In this document: positions 13,521 through 27,400 of the stretch, one piece after another | Position numbering within the stretch: position 1 is the first letter of the stretch | Layout: each line of letters starts with the position of its first letter | DNA from: Eledone cirrhosa | Lineage: Eukaryota | Reading direction: 5' to 3' | Assembly (NCBI GenBank): GCA_964016885.1 | Contig: OZ024752.1 | Span: 23,188,001 to 23,252,000 of the forward strand | Length of the DNA stretch: 64,000 bases | Notes under the pieces: generated by a model | What the model was told of the DNA's origin: nothing | The model's database searches: none | The model's input: only the letters and a program-made list of their open reading frames with translations | Position numbers and translations under genes: made by a program

Positions 13521-15192
13521 GACTGTCATTCTATCTTACGTTCTAACAACTGTCATTCTATCTGACGTTCTAACGACTGTCATTCTATCTGATGTTCTAA
13601 CGACTGTCATTCTATCTGACGTTCTAGCGACTGTCATTCTATCTCAGTTCTAATGACTGTCATTCTATCTGACGTCCTAGCGACTGTCATCCTATATGAT
13701 TTTCTAACGACTGTCATTCTATATGACGTGCTAACGACTGTCGTTCTATCTGACGTTCTAGCGATTGTCATCCTATCTGACGTTCTAACGACTGTCATTC
13801 TATCTGGCGTTCTAATGACTGTCATTCTATCTGACATTATAGCAACTGTCATTCTATCTAACGTTCTAACCACTGTCATTCTATCTGACGTTCTAGCGAT
13901 TGTCATCCTATCTGACTTTCTAACGACTGTCATTCTATCTGACGTTCTAACGACTGTCATTCTGTCTGACGTTCTAGCGATTGTCATCCTATCTGACGTT
14001 CTAACGACTGTCATTCTATCTGACGTTCTAATGACTGTCATTCTATCTGACATTCTAACGACTGTCATTCTATCTGACGTTCTAACAACTGTCATTCTAT
14101 CTGACGTTCTAACGACTGTCATTATATCTGACGTTCTAACAACTGTCATTCTATCTAACGTTCTAACGACTGTCATTATATCTGACGTTCTAGCGACTGT
14201 CATTCTATCTGACATTCTAACCACTGTCATTCTATCTGACGTTCTAGCAACTGTCATCCTACGTGACCCTCTAGCGACTGTCATTCTATCTGACGTTCTA
14301 ACCACTGTCATTCTATCTGACGTTCTAGCGACAGTCATTCTATCTGACGTTCTAACGACTGTCATTCTATCTTACGTTCTAACAACTGTCATTCTATCTG
14401 ACGTTCTAACGACTGTCATTCTATCTGATGTTCTAACGACTGTCATTCTATCTGACGTTCTAGCGACTGTCATTCTATCTCAGTTCTAATGACTGTCATT
14501 CTATCTGACGTCCTAGCGACTGTCATCCTATATGATTTTCTAACGACTGTCATTCTATATGACGTTCTAACGACTGTCGTTCTATCTGACGTTCTAGCGA
14601 TTGTCATCCTATCTGACGTTCTAACGACTGTCATTCTATCTGGCGTTCTAATGACTGTCATTCTATCTGACATTATAGCAACTGTCATTCTATCTAACGT
14701 TCTAACCACTGTCATTCTATCTGACGTTCTAGCGATTGTCATCCTATCTGACTTTCTAACGACTGTCATTCTATCTGACGTTCTAACGACTGTCATTCTG
14801 TCTGACGTTCTAGCGATTGTCATCCTATCTGACGTTCTAACGACTGTCATTCTATCTGACGTTCTAATGACTGTCATTCTATCTGACATTCTAACGACTG
14901 TCATTCTATCTGACGTTCTAACAACTGTCATTCTATCTGACGTTCTAACGACTGTCATTATATCTGACGTTCTAACAACTGTCATTCTATCTAACGTTCT
15001 AACGACTGTCATTATATCTGACGTTCTAGCGACTGTCATTCTATCTGACATTCTAACCACTGTCATTCTATCTGACGTTCTAGCAACTGTCATCCTACGT
15101 GACCCTCTAGCGACTGTCATTCTATCTGACGTTCTAACCACTGTCATTCTATCTGACGTTCTAGCGACAGTCATTCTATCTGACGTTCTAAC
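13521..15192. repeat. 836-bp tandem duplication (31x27-1) within the fourth A-type unit
   Basis: ORFs at 13653 and 14489 begin identically at 836-bp offset. TCTTACGTT...TCTCAGTT is repeated at ~13534 and ~14370. It accounts for 3086 = 2250+836. Confidence 0.9.
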
Positions 15193-18100
15193 GACTGTCA
15201 TTCTATCTGACGTTCTAACAACTGTCATTCTATCTGACGTTCTAACGACTGTCATTCTATCTGAAGTTCTAGCGACTGTCATTCTATCTGACGTTCTAGC
15301 GTCTGTCATTCTATCTGACGTTCTAACAACTGTCATTCTATCTAACGTTCTAACGACTGTCATTATATCTGACGTTCTAACAACTGTCATTCTATCTAAC
15401 GTTCTAACGACTGTCATTATATCTGACGTTCTAGCGACTGTCATTCTATCTGACATTCTAACCACTGTCATTCTATCTGACGTTCTAGCAACTGTCATCC
15501 TACGTGACCCTCTAGCGACTGTCATTCTATCTGACGTTCTAACCACTGTCATTCTATCTGACGTTCTAGCGACAGTCATTCTATCTGAAGTTCTAACGAC
15601 TGTCATTTTATCTGATGTTCTAACGATGCCATTCTATCTGACGTTCTAGCGACTGTAACTTTATCTGACGTGCTAACGACTGCCATTCTACCTGACGTTC
15701 TAGCGACTTTCATTCTATGTGACGTTCTAACAACTGTCATTCTATCTGACGTTCTAACGATTGTCATTCTATCTGACGTTCTAACCACCGTCATTCTATC
15801 TGACTTCTAACGACTGTCATTCTATCTGACGTCCTAGCGACTGTCATTCTATCTGACGTTCTAACCAATGTCATTCTATCTGACGTTCTAATAACCGTCA
15901 TTCTAACTGACGTTCTAATGACTGTCATTCTATATGACATTCTAGCAACTGGCATTCTATCTAACGTTCTAACCACTGTCATTCTATCTGATGTTCTAGC
16001 GACTGTCATTCCATCTGACGTTCTAACGACTGTCATTCTATCTGCCGTTCTAACGACTGTCATTTTATCTGATGTTCTAACGACTGTCATTCTATCTGAC
16101 GTTCTAACAACTGTCATTCTATCTGACGTTCTAACCACTGTCATTCTATCTGATGTTCTAACGACTGTCATTCTATCTTACGTTCTAACAACTGTCATTC
16201 TATCTGACGTTCTAACGACTGTCATTCTATCTGACGTTCTAACAACTGTCATTCTATCTGACGTTCTAATGACTGTCATTCTATCTGACATTCTAGCAAC
16301 TGTCATTCTATCTAACGTTCTAACGACTGTCATTCTATCTGACGTTCTAGCGACTGTCATTCTATCTGACGTTCTAACGACTGTCATTCTACCTGACATT
16401 CTAGCAACTGTCATTCCATCTAACGTTCTAACAACTGTCATTCTATCTGACGTTCTAGCGACTGTCATTCTATCTGACATTCTAACGACTGTCATTCTAT
16501 CTGACGTTCTAGCGACTGTCATTCTACCTGACGTTCTAGCGACTGTAACTTTATCTGACGTGCTAACGACTGCCATTCTACCTGACGTTCTAACAACTGT
16601 CATTCTATCTGACGTTCTAACGATTGTCATTCTATCTGACGTTCTAACCACTGTCATTCTATCTGACGTTCTAGCGACTATCATTCCATCTGAAGTTCTA
16701 ACGTCTGTCATTCTATCTGACGTCCTAGCAACTGTCATTCTATCTGACGTTCTAACGACTGTCATTTTATCTGACGTTCTAACGACTGTCATTCTATCTG
16801 ACGTTCTAACAACTGTCATTCTATCTGACGTTATAACGACTGTCATTCTATCTGACGTTCAAGCGACTGTCATGCTATTTCACGTTATAAAGACTGTCAT
16901 TCTATCTGACATTCTAGCGATTGTCATTCTATCTGACGTTCTAACAACTGTCATTCTATCTGACGTTCTAATGACTGTCATTCTATCTGACATTCTATCT
17001 AACGTTCTAACAACTGTCATTCTATCTGACGTTCTGACGACTGTCATTCTATCTGACATTCTAACGACTGTCATTCTATCTGACGTTCTAACAACTGTCA
17101 TTCTATCTAACGTTCTAACGACTGTCATTATTTCTGACGTTCTAGCGACTGTCATTCCATATGACGTTCTAACGACTGTCATTCTATCTGCCGTTTTAGA
17201 GACTGTCATTCTATCTTACGTTCTAATAACTGTCATTCTATCTGACGTTCTAACGACTGTCATTCTATCTGATGTTCTAACGACTGTCATTCTATCTGAC
17301 GTTCTAGCGACTGTCATTCTATCTCAGTTCTAATGACTGTCATTCTATCTGACGTCCTAGCGACTGTCATCCTATATGATTTTCTAACGACTGTCATTCT
17401 ATCTGACGTTCTAACGACTGTCGTTCTATCTGACGTTCTAGCGATTGTCATCCTATCTGACGTTCTAACGACTGTCATTCTATCTGGCGTTCTAATGACT
17501 GTCATTCTATCTGACATTATAGCAACTGTGATTCTATCTAACGTTCTAACCACTGTCATTCTATCTGACGTTCTAGCGATTGTCATCCTATCTGACTTTC
17601 TAACGACTGTCATTCTATCTGACGTTCTAGCGATTGTCATCCTATCTGACGTTCTAACGACTGTCATTCTATCTGACGTTCTAACAACTGTCATTCTATC
17701 TGACATTCTAGCGACTGTCATTCTATCTGACGTTCTAACGCTGTCATTCTATCTGACGTTCTAACAACTGTCATTCTATCTGACGTTCTAACGACTGTCA
17801 TTCTATCTGACGTTCTAGGGACTGTCATTCTATCTGACGTTCTAGCGTCTGTCATTCTATCTGACGTTCTAACAACTGTCATTCTATCTAAAGTTCTAAC
17901 GACTGTCATTATATCTGACGTTCTAGCGACTGTCATTCTATCTGACGTTCTAACGACTGTCATTCTATCTGACGTTCTACCAACTGTCATTCTATCTGAC
18001 GTTCTAACGACTGTCATTCTATCTGACGTTCTAGGGACTGTCATTCTATGTGACGTTCTAGCGTCTGTCATTCTATCTGACGTTCTAACAACTGTCATTC

Positions 18101-18499
18101 TATCTAAAGTTCTAACGACTGTCATTATATCTGACGTTCTAGCGACTGTCATTATATCTGACGTTCTAGCGACTGTCATTCTATCTGACATTCTAACCAC
18201 TGTCATTCTATCTGACGTTCTAGCAACTGTCATCCTACGTGACCCTCTAGCGACTGTCATTCTATCTGACGTTCTAACCACTGTCATTCTATCTGACGTT
18301 CTAGCGACAGTCATTCTATCTGAAGTTCTAACGACTGTCATTTTATCTGATGTGCTAACGATGCCATTCTATCTGACGTTCTAGCGACTGTAACTTTATC
18401 TGACGTGCTAACGACTGCCATTCTACCTGACGTTCTAGCGACTTTCATTCTATGTGACGTTCTAACAACTGTCATTCTATCTGACGTTCTAACGATTGT

Positions 18500-21465
18500 C
18501 ATTCTATCTGACGTTCTAACCACCGTCATTCTATCTGAGTTCTAACGACTGTCATTCTATCTGACGTCCTAGCGACTGTCATTCTATCTGACGTTCTAAC
18601 CAATGTCATTCTATCTGACGTTCTAGCGATTGTCATTTTCTCTGACGTTCTAGTGATTGTCATTCTATCTGACGTTCTAACGACTGTCATTCTATCTGAC
18701 GTTCAAGCGACTGTCATTCTATTTCACGTTCTAAAGACTGTCATTCTATCTGAAATTCTAGCGACTGTCATTCTATCTGACGTTCTAACAACCGTCATTC
18801 TATCTGACGTTCTAATGACTGTCATTCTATATGACATTCTAGCAACTGTCATTCTATCTAACGTTCTAACCACTGTCATTCTATCTGATGTTCTAGCGAC
18901 TGTCATTCCATCTGACGTTCTAACGACTGTCATTTTATCTGATGTTCTAACGACTGTGATTCTATCTGACGTTCTAACAACTGTCATTCTATCTGACGTT
19001 CTAACGACTGTCATTCTATCTGATTTTCTAACGACTGTCATTCTATCTGACGTTCTAGCGACTGTCATTCTATCTGAGTTCTAATGACTGTTATTCTATC
19101 TGACGTTCTAACCACTGTCATTCTATCTGACGTCCTAGCGACTGTCATTCTATCTGACGTTCTAACCTCTGTCATTCTATCTGACGTTCTAGCGATTGTC
19201 ATCCTATCTGACTTTCTAACGACTGTCATTCTATCTGACGTTCTAACGACTGTCATTCTATCTGACGTTCTAGCGATTGTCATCCTATATGACGTTCTAA
19301 CGACTGTCATTCTATCTGACGTTCTAACGACTGTCATTCTATCTGACGTCCTAGCGACTGTCATTCTATCTAACCTTCTAGCGACTGTTATTCTATCTGA
19401 CGTTATAACGACTGTCATTCTATCTGACGTTCTAACAACTGTCATTCTATCTGACGTTCTAATGACTGTCATTCTATCTGACATTCTAGCAACTGTCATT
19501 CTATCTAACGTTCTAACAACTGTCATTCTATCTGACGTTCTAGCGACTGTCATTCTATCTGACGTTCTAACGACTGTCATTCTACCTGACATTCTAGCAA
19601 CTGTCATTCTAACTAACGTTCTAACAACTGTCATTCTATATGACGTTCTAGCGACTGTCATTCTATCTGACATTCTAACGACTGTCATTCTATCAGACGT
19701 TCTAGCGACTGTAACTTTATCTGACGTGCTAACGACTGCCATTCTACCTGACGTTCTAACAACTGTCATTCTATCTGACGTTCTAACGATTGTCATTCTA
19801 TCTGACGTTCTAACCACTGTCATTCTATCTGACGTTCTAGCGACTATCATTCCATCTGACGTTCTAACGACTCTCATTCTATCTGACATCCTAGCGACTG
19901 TCATTCTATCTGACGTTCTAACGACTGTCATTTTATCTGACGTTCTAACGACTGTCATTCTATCTGACGTTCTAACAACTGTCATTCTATCTGACGTTCT
20001 AACCACCGTCATTCTATCTGAGTTCTAACGACTGTCATTCTATCTGACGTCCTAGCGACTGTCATTCTATCTGACGTTCTAACCAATGTCATTCTATCTG
20101 ACGTTCTAGCGATTGTCATTTTCTCTGACGTTCTAGTGATTGTCATTCTATCTGACGTTCTAACGACTGTCATTCTATCTGACGTTCAAGCGACTGTCAT
20201 TCTATTTCACGTTCTAAAGACTGTCATTCTATCTGAAATTCTAGCGACTGTCATTCTATCTGACGTTCTAACAACCGTCATTCTATCTGACGTTCTAATG
20301 ACTGTCATTCTATATGACATTCTAGCAACTGTCATTCTATCTAACGTTCTAACCACTGTCATTCTATCTGATGTTCTAGCGACTGTCATTCCATCTGACG
20401 TTCTAACGACTGTCATTTTATCTGATGTTCTAACGACTGTGATTCTATCTGACGTTCTAACAACTGTCATTCTATCTGACGTTCTAACGACTGTCATTCT
20501 ATCTGATTTTCTAACGACTGTCATTCTATCTGACGTTCTAGCGACTGTCATTCTATCTGAGTTCTAATGACTGTTATTCTATCTGACGTTCTAACCACTG
20601 TCATTCTATCTGACGTCCTAGCGACTGTCATTCTATCTGACGTTCTAACCTCTGTCATTCTATCTGACGTTCTAGCGATTGTCATCCTATCTGACTTTCT
20701 AACGACTGTCATTCTATCTGACGTTCTAACGACTGTCATTCTATCTGACGTTCTAGCGATTGTCATCCTATATGACGTTCTAACGACTGTCATTCTATCT
20801 GACGTTCTAACGACTGTCATTCTATCTGACGTCCTAGCGACTGTCATTCTATCTAACCTTCTAGCGACTGTTATTCTATCTGACGTTCTAACGACTGTCA
20901 TTCTATCTGACGTTCTAACAACTGTCATTCTATCTGACGTTCTAATGACTGTCATTCTATCTGACATTCTAGCAACTGTCATTCTATCTAACGTTCTAAC
21001 AACTGTCATTCTATCTGACGTTCTAGCGACTGTCATTCTATCTGACGTTCTAACGACTGTCATTCTACCTGACATTCTAGCAACTGTCATTCTAACTAAC
21101 GTTCTAACAACTGTCATTCTATCTGACGTTCTAGCGACTGTCATTCTATCTGACATTCTAACGACTGTCATTCTATCAGACGTTCTAGCGACTGTAACTT
21201 TATCTGACGTGCTAACGACTGCCATTCTACCTGACGTTCTAACAACTGTCATTCTATCTGACGTTCTAACGATTGTCATTCTATCTGACGTTCTAACCAC
21301 TGTCATTCTATCTGACGTTCTAGCGACTATCATTCCATCTGACGTTCTAACGACTCTCATTCTATCTGACATCCTAGCGACTGTCATTCTATCTGACGTT
21401 CTAACGACTGTCATTTTATCTGACGTTCTAACGACTGTCATTCTATCTGACGTTCTAACAACTGT
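18500..21465. repeat. 1,483-bp tandem duplication (55x27-2)
   Basis: Identical 143-aa translations at 18653 and 20136. ORFs 19084/20567 and 19065/20548 share the same offset. Confidence 0.9.
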
Positions 21466-24400
21466 CATTCTATCTGACGTTCTAACGACTGTCATTCTAT
21501 CTGACGTTCAAGCGACTGTCATTCTATTTCACTTTATAAAGACTGTCATTCTATCTGACATTCTAGCGATTGTCATTCTATCTGACGTTCTAACAATTGT
21601 CATTCTATCTGACGTTCTCATGACTGTAATTCTATCTGACATTCTATCTAATGTTCTAACAACTGTCACTCTATCTGACGTTCTAGCGACTGTCATTCTA
21701 TCTGACGTTCTAGCGACTGTCATTCTATCTGACGTTCTAACAACTGTCATTCTATCTAACGTTCTAACGACTGTCATTATATCTGACGTTCTAGCGACTG
21801 TCATTCTATCTGACGTTCTAACGACTGTCATTCTATCTGACGTTCTAACAACTGTCATTCTATCTAACGTTCTAACGACTGTCATTATATCTGACGTTCT
21901 AGCGACTGTCATTCTATCTGACATTCTAACCACTGTCATTCTATCTGACGTTCTAGCGACTGTAACTTTATCTGACGTGCTAACGACTGCCATTCTACCT
22001 GACGATCTAGCGACTTTCATTCTATGTGACGTTCTAACAACTGTCATTCTATCTGACGTTCTAACGATTGTTATTCTATCTGACGTTCTAACCACCGTCA
22101 TTCTATCTGAAGTTCTAACGACTGTCATTCTATCTGACGTCCTAGCGACTGTCATTCTATCTGACGTTCTAACCAATGTCATTCTATCTGACGTTCTAGC
22201 GATTGTCATTTTCTCTGACGTTCTAGTGATTGTCATTCTATCTGACGTTCTAACGACTGTCTTTCTATCTGACGTTCAAGCGACTGTCATTCTATTTCAC
22301 GTTCTAAAGACTGTCATTCTATCTGAAATTCTAGCGACTGTCATTCTATCTGACGTTCTAACAACCGTCATTCTATCTGACGTTCTAATGACTGTCATTC
22401 TATATGACATTCTAGCAACTGTCATTCTATCTAACGTTCTAACCACTGTCATTATATCTGATGTTCTAGCGACTGTCGTTCCATCTGACGTTCTAACGAC
22501 TGTCATTTTATCTGATGTTCTAAAGACTGTCATTCTATCTGACGTTCTAACAACTGTCATTCTATCTGACGTTCTAACGACTGTCATTCTATCTGATTTT
22601 CTAACGACTGTCATTCTATCTGACGTTCTAGCGACTGTCATTCTATCTGAGTTCTAATGACTGTTATTCTATCTGACGTTCTAACCACTGTCATTCTATC
22701 TGACGTTCTAGCGATTGTCATCCTATCTGACTTTCTAACGACTGTCATTCTATCTGACGTTCTAGCGATTGTCATCCTATATGACGTTCTAACGACTGTC
22801 ATTCTATCTGACGTTCTAGCGATTGTCATCCTATATGACGTTCTAACGACTGTCATTCTATCTGACGTTCTAACGACTGTCATTCTATCTGACGTCCTAG
22901 CGACTGTCATTCTGTCTAACCTTCTAGCGACTGTTATTCTATCTGACTGTCATTCTATCTGACGTTCTAACAACTGTCATTCTATCTGACGTTCTAATGA
23001 CTGTCATTCTATCTGACATTCTAGCAACTGTCATTCTATCTAACTTTCTAACAACTGTCATTCTATCTGACGTTCTAGCGACTGTCATTCTATCTGACAT
23101 TCTAACGACTGTCATTCTATCAGACGTTCTAGCGACTGTCATTCTACCTGACGTTCTAGCGACTGTAACTTTATCTGACGTGCTAACGACTGCCATTCTA
23201 TCTGACGTTCTAACAACTGTCATTCTATCTGACGTTCTAACGATTGTCATTCTATCTGACGTTCTAACCACTGTCATTCTATCTGACGTTCTAGCGACTA
23301 TCATTCCATCTGACGTTCTAACGACTCTCATTCTATCTGACATCCTAGCGACTGTCATTCTATCTGACGTTCTAACGACTGTCATTTTATCTGACGTTCT
23401 AACGACTGTCATTCTATCTGACGTTCTAACAACTGTCATTCTATCTGACGTTCTAACGACTGTCATTCTATCTGACGTTCAAGCGACTGTCATTCTATTT
23501 AACTTTATAAAGACTGTCATTCTATCTGACATTCTAGCGATTGTCATTCTATCTGACGTTCTAACAATTGTCATTCTATCTGACGTTCTAATGACTGTAA
23601 TTCTATCTGACGTTCTAGCGACTGTCATTCTATCTGACGTTCTAACAACTGTCATTCTATCTAACGTTCTAACGACTGTCATTATATCTGACGTTCTAGC
23701 GACTGTCATTCTATCTGACGTTCTAACGACTGTCATTCTATCTGACGTTCTAACAACTGTCATTCTATCTAACGTTCTAACGACTGTCATTATATCTGAC
23801 GTTCTAGCGACTGTCATTCTATCTGACATTCTAACCACTGTCATTCTATCTGACGTTCTAGCAACTGTCATCCTACGTGACCCTCTAGCGACTGTCATTC
23901 TATCTGACGTTCTAACCACTGTCATTCTATCTGACGTTCTAGCGACAGTCATTCTATCTGAAGTTCTAACGACTGTCATTTTATCTGATGTGCTAACGAT
24001 GACATTCTATCTGACGTTCTAGCGACTGTAACTTTATCTGACGTGCTAACGACTGCCATTCTACCTGACGTTCTAGCGACTTTCATTCTATGTGACGTTC
24101 TAACAACTGTCATTCTATCTGACGTTCTAACGATTGTCATTCTATCTGACGTTATAACCACCGTCATTCTATCTGAGTTCTAACGACTGTCATTCTATCT
24201 GACGTCCTAGCGACTGTCATTCTATCTGACGTTCTAACCAATGTCATTCTATCTGACGTTCTAGGGATTGTCATTTTCTCTGACGTTCTAGTGACTGTCA
24301 TTCTATCTGACGTTCTAACGACTGTTATTCTATCTGACGTTCAAGCGACTGTCATTCTATTTCACGTTCTAAAGACTGTCATTCTATCTGAAATTCTAGC

Positions 24401-27400
24401 GACTGTCATTCTATCTGACGTTCTAACAACCGTCATTCTATCTGACGTTCTAATGACTGTCATTCTATATGACATTCTAGCAACTGTCATTCTATCTAAC
24501 GTTCTAACCACTGTCATTCTATCTGATGTTCTAACGACTGTCATTCTATCTGCCGTTCTAACGACTGTCATTCTATCTGATGTTCTAACGACTGTCATTC
24601 TATCTGACGTTCTAACAACTGTCATTCTATCTGACGTTCTAACCACTGTCATTCTATCTGATGTTCAAACGACTGTCATTCTATCTTACGTTCTAACAAC
24701 TGTCATTCTATCTGACGTTCTAACGACTGTCATTCTATCTGATTTTCTAACGACTGTCATTCTATCTGACGTTCTAGCGACTGTCATTCTATATGAGTTC
24801 TAATGACTGTCATTCTATCTGACGTTCTAACCATTTTCATTCTATCTGACGTCCTAGCGACTGTCATTCTATCTGACGTTCTAACGATAGTCATTCTATC
24901 TGACGTTCTAGCGATTGTCATCCTATCTGACTTTCTAACGACTGTCATTCTATCTGACGTTCTAACGACTGTCATTCTATCTGACGTTCTAGCGATTGTC
25001 ATCCTATATGACGTTCTAACGACTGTCATTCTATCTGACGTTCTAACGACTGTCATTCTATCTGACGTCCTAGCGACTGTCATTCTATCTAACCTTCTAG
25101 CGACTGTTATTCTATCTGACGTTCTAACGACTGTCATTCTATCTGACGTTCTAACAACTGTCATTCTATCTGACGTTCTAATGACTGTCATTCTATCTGA
25201 CATTCTAGCAACTGTCATTCTATCTAACGTTCTAACAACTGTCATTCTATCTGACGTTCTAGCGACTGTCATTCTATCTGACGTTCTAACGACTGTCATT
25301 CTACCTGACATTCTAGCAACTGTCATTCTAACTAACGTTCTAACAACTGTCATTCTATCTGACGTTCTAGCGACTGTCATTCTATCTGACATTCTAACGA
25401 CTGTCATTCTATCAGACGTTCTAGCGACTGTAACTTTATCTGACGTGCTAACGACTGCCATTCTACCTGACGTTCTAACAACTGTCATTCTATCTGACGT
25501 TCTAACGATTGTCATTCTATCTGACGTTCTAACCACTGTCATTCTATCTGACGTTCTAGCGACTATCATTCCATCTGACGTTCTAACGACTCTCATTCTA
25601 TCTGACATCCTAGCGACTGTCATTCTATCTGACGTTCTAACGACTGTCATTTTATCTGACGTTCTAACGACTGTCATTCTATCTGACGTTCTAACAACTG
25701 TCATTCTATCTGACGTTCTAACGACTGTCATTCTATCTGACGTTCAAGCGACTGTCATTCTATTTCACTTTATAAAGACTGTCATTCTATCTGACATTCT
25801 AGCGATTGTCATTCTATCTGACGTTCTAACAATTGTCATTCTATCTGACGTTCTCATGACTGTAATTCTATCTGACATTCTATCTAATGTTCTAACAACT
25901 GTCACTCTATCTGACGTTCTAGCGACTGTCATTCTATCTGACGTTCTAGCGACTGTCATTCTATCTGACGTTCTAACAACTGTCATTCTATCTAACGTTC
26001 TAACGACTGTCATTATATCTGACGTTCTAGCGACTGTCATTCTATCTGACGTTCTAACGACTGTCATTCTATCTGACGTTCTAACAACTGTCATTCTATC
26101 TAACGTTCTAACGACTGTCATTATATCTGACGTTCTAGCGACTGTCATTCTATCTGACATTCTAACCACTGTCATTCTATCTGACGTTCTAGCGACTGTA
26201 ACTTTATCTGACGTGCTAACGACTGCCATTCTACCTGACGATCTAGCGACTTTCATTCTATGTGACGTTCTAACAACTGTCATTCTATCTGACGTCCTAG
26301 CGACTGTCATTCTATCTGACGTTCTAACCAATATCATTCTATCTGACGTTCTAGCGATTGTCATTTTCTCTGACGTTCTTGTGATTGTCATTCTATCTGA
26401 CGTTCTAACGACTGTCTTTCTATCTGACGTTCAAGCGACTGTCATTCTATTTCACGTTCTAAAGACTGTCATTCTATCTGAAATTCTAGCGACTGTCATT
26501 CTATCTGACGTTCTAACAACCGTCATTCTATCTGACGTTCTAATGACTGTCATTCTATATGACATTCTAGCAACTGTCATTCTATCTAACGTTCTAACCA
26601 CTGTCATTATATCTGATGTTCTAGCGACTGTCATTCCATCTGACGTTCTAACGACTGTCATTTTATCTGATGTTCTAAAGACTGTCATTCTATCTGACGT
26701 TCTAACAACTGTCATTCTATCTGACGTTCTAACGACTGTCATTCTATCTGATTTTCTAACGACTGTCATTCTATCTGACGTTCTAGCGACTGTCATTCTA
26801 TCTGAGTTCTAATGACTGTTATTCTATCTGACGTTCTAACCACTGTCATTCTATCTGACGTCCTAGCGACTGTCATTCTATCTGACGTTCTAACCTCTGT
26901 CATTCTATCTGACGTTCTAGCGATTGTCATCCTATCTGACTTTCTAACGACTGTCATTCTATCTGACGTTCTAACGACTGTCATTCTATCTGACGTTCTA
27001 GCGATTGTCATCCTATATGACGTTCTAACGACTGTCATTCTATCTGACGTTCTAACGACTGTCATTCTATCTGACGTCCTAGTGACTGTCATTCTGTCTA
27101 ACCTTCTAGCGACTGTTATTCTATCTGACTGTCATTCTATCTGACGTTCTAACAACTGTCATTCTATCTGACGTTCTAATGACTGTCATTCTATCTGACA
27201 TTCTAGCAACTGTCATTCTATCTAACTTTCTAACAACTGTCATTCTATCTGACGTTCTAGCGACTGTCATTCTATCTGACATTCTAACGACTGTCATTCT
27301 ATCAGACGTTCTAGCGACTGTCATTCTACCTGACGTTCTAGCGACTGTAACTTTATCTGACGTGCTAACGACTGCCATTCTATCTGACGTTCTAACAACT

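Larger units (their letters stand above)
1..18540. repeat. Regular higher-order repeat (HOR) domain, units A-A-B-A-B-A-B
   Basis: Unit ends at the 26-bp monomer TCTGAGTT/TCTGACTT fall at 2450, 4781, 7625, 9875, 12719, 15805 and 18540, giving unit lengths 2331, 2844, 2250, 2844, 3086 and 2735. The ORF track shows near-identical translations at 5,094-bp offsets (4894/9988, 6309/11403, 7738/12832). Confidence 0.93.
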
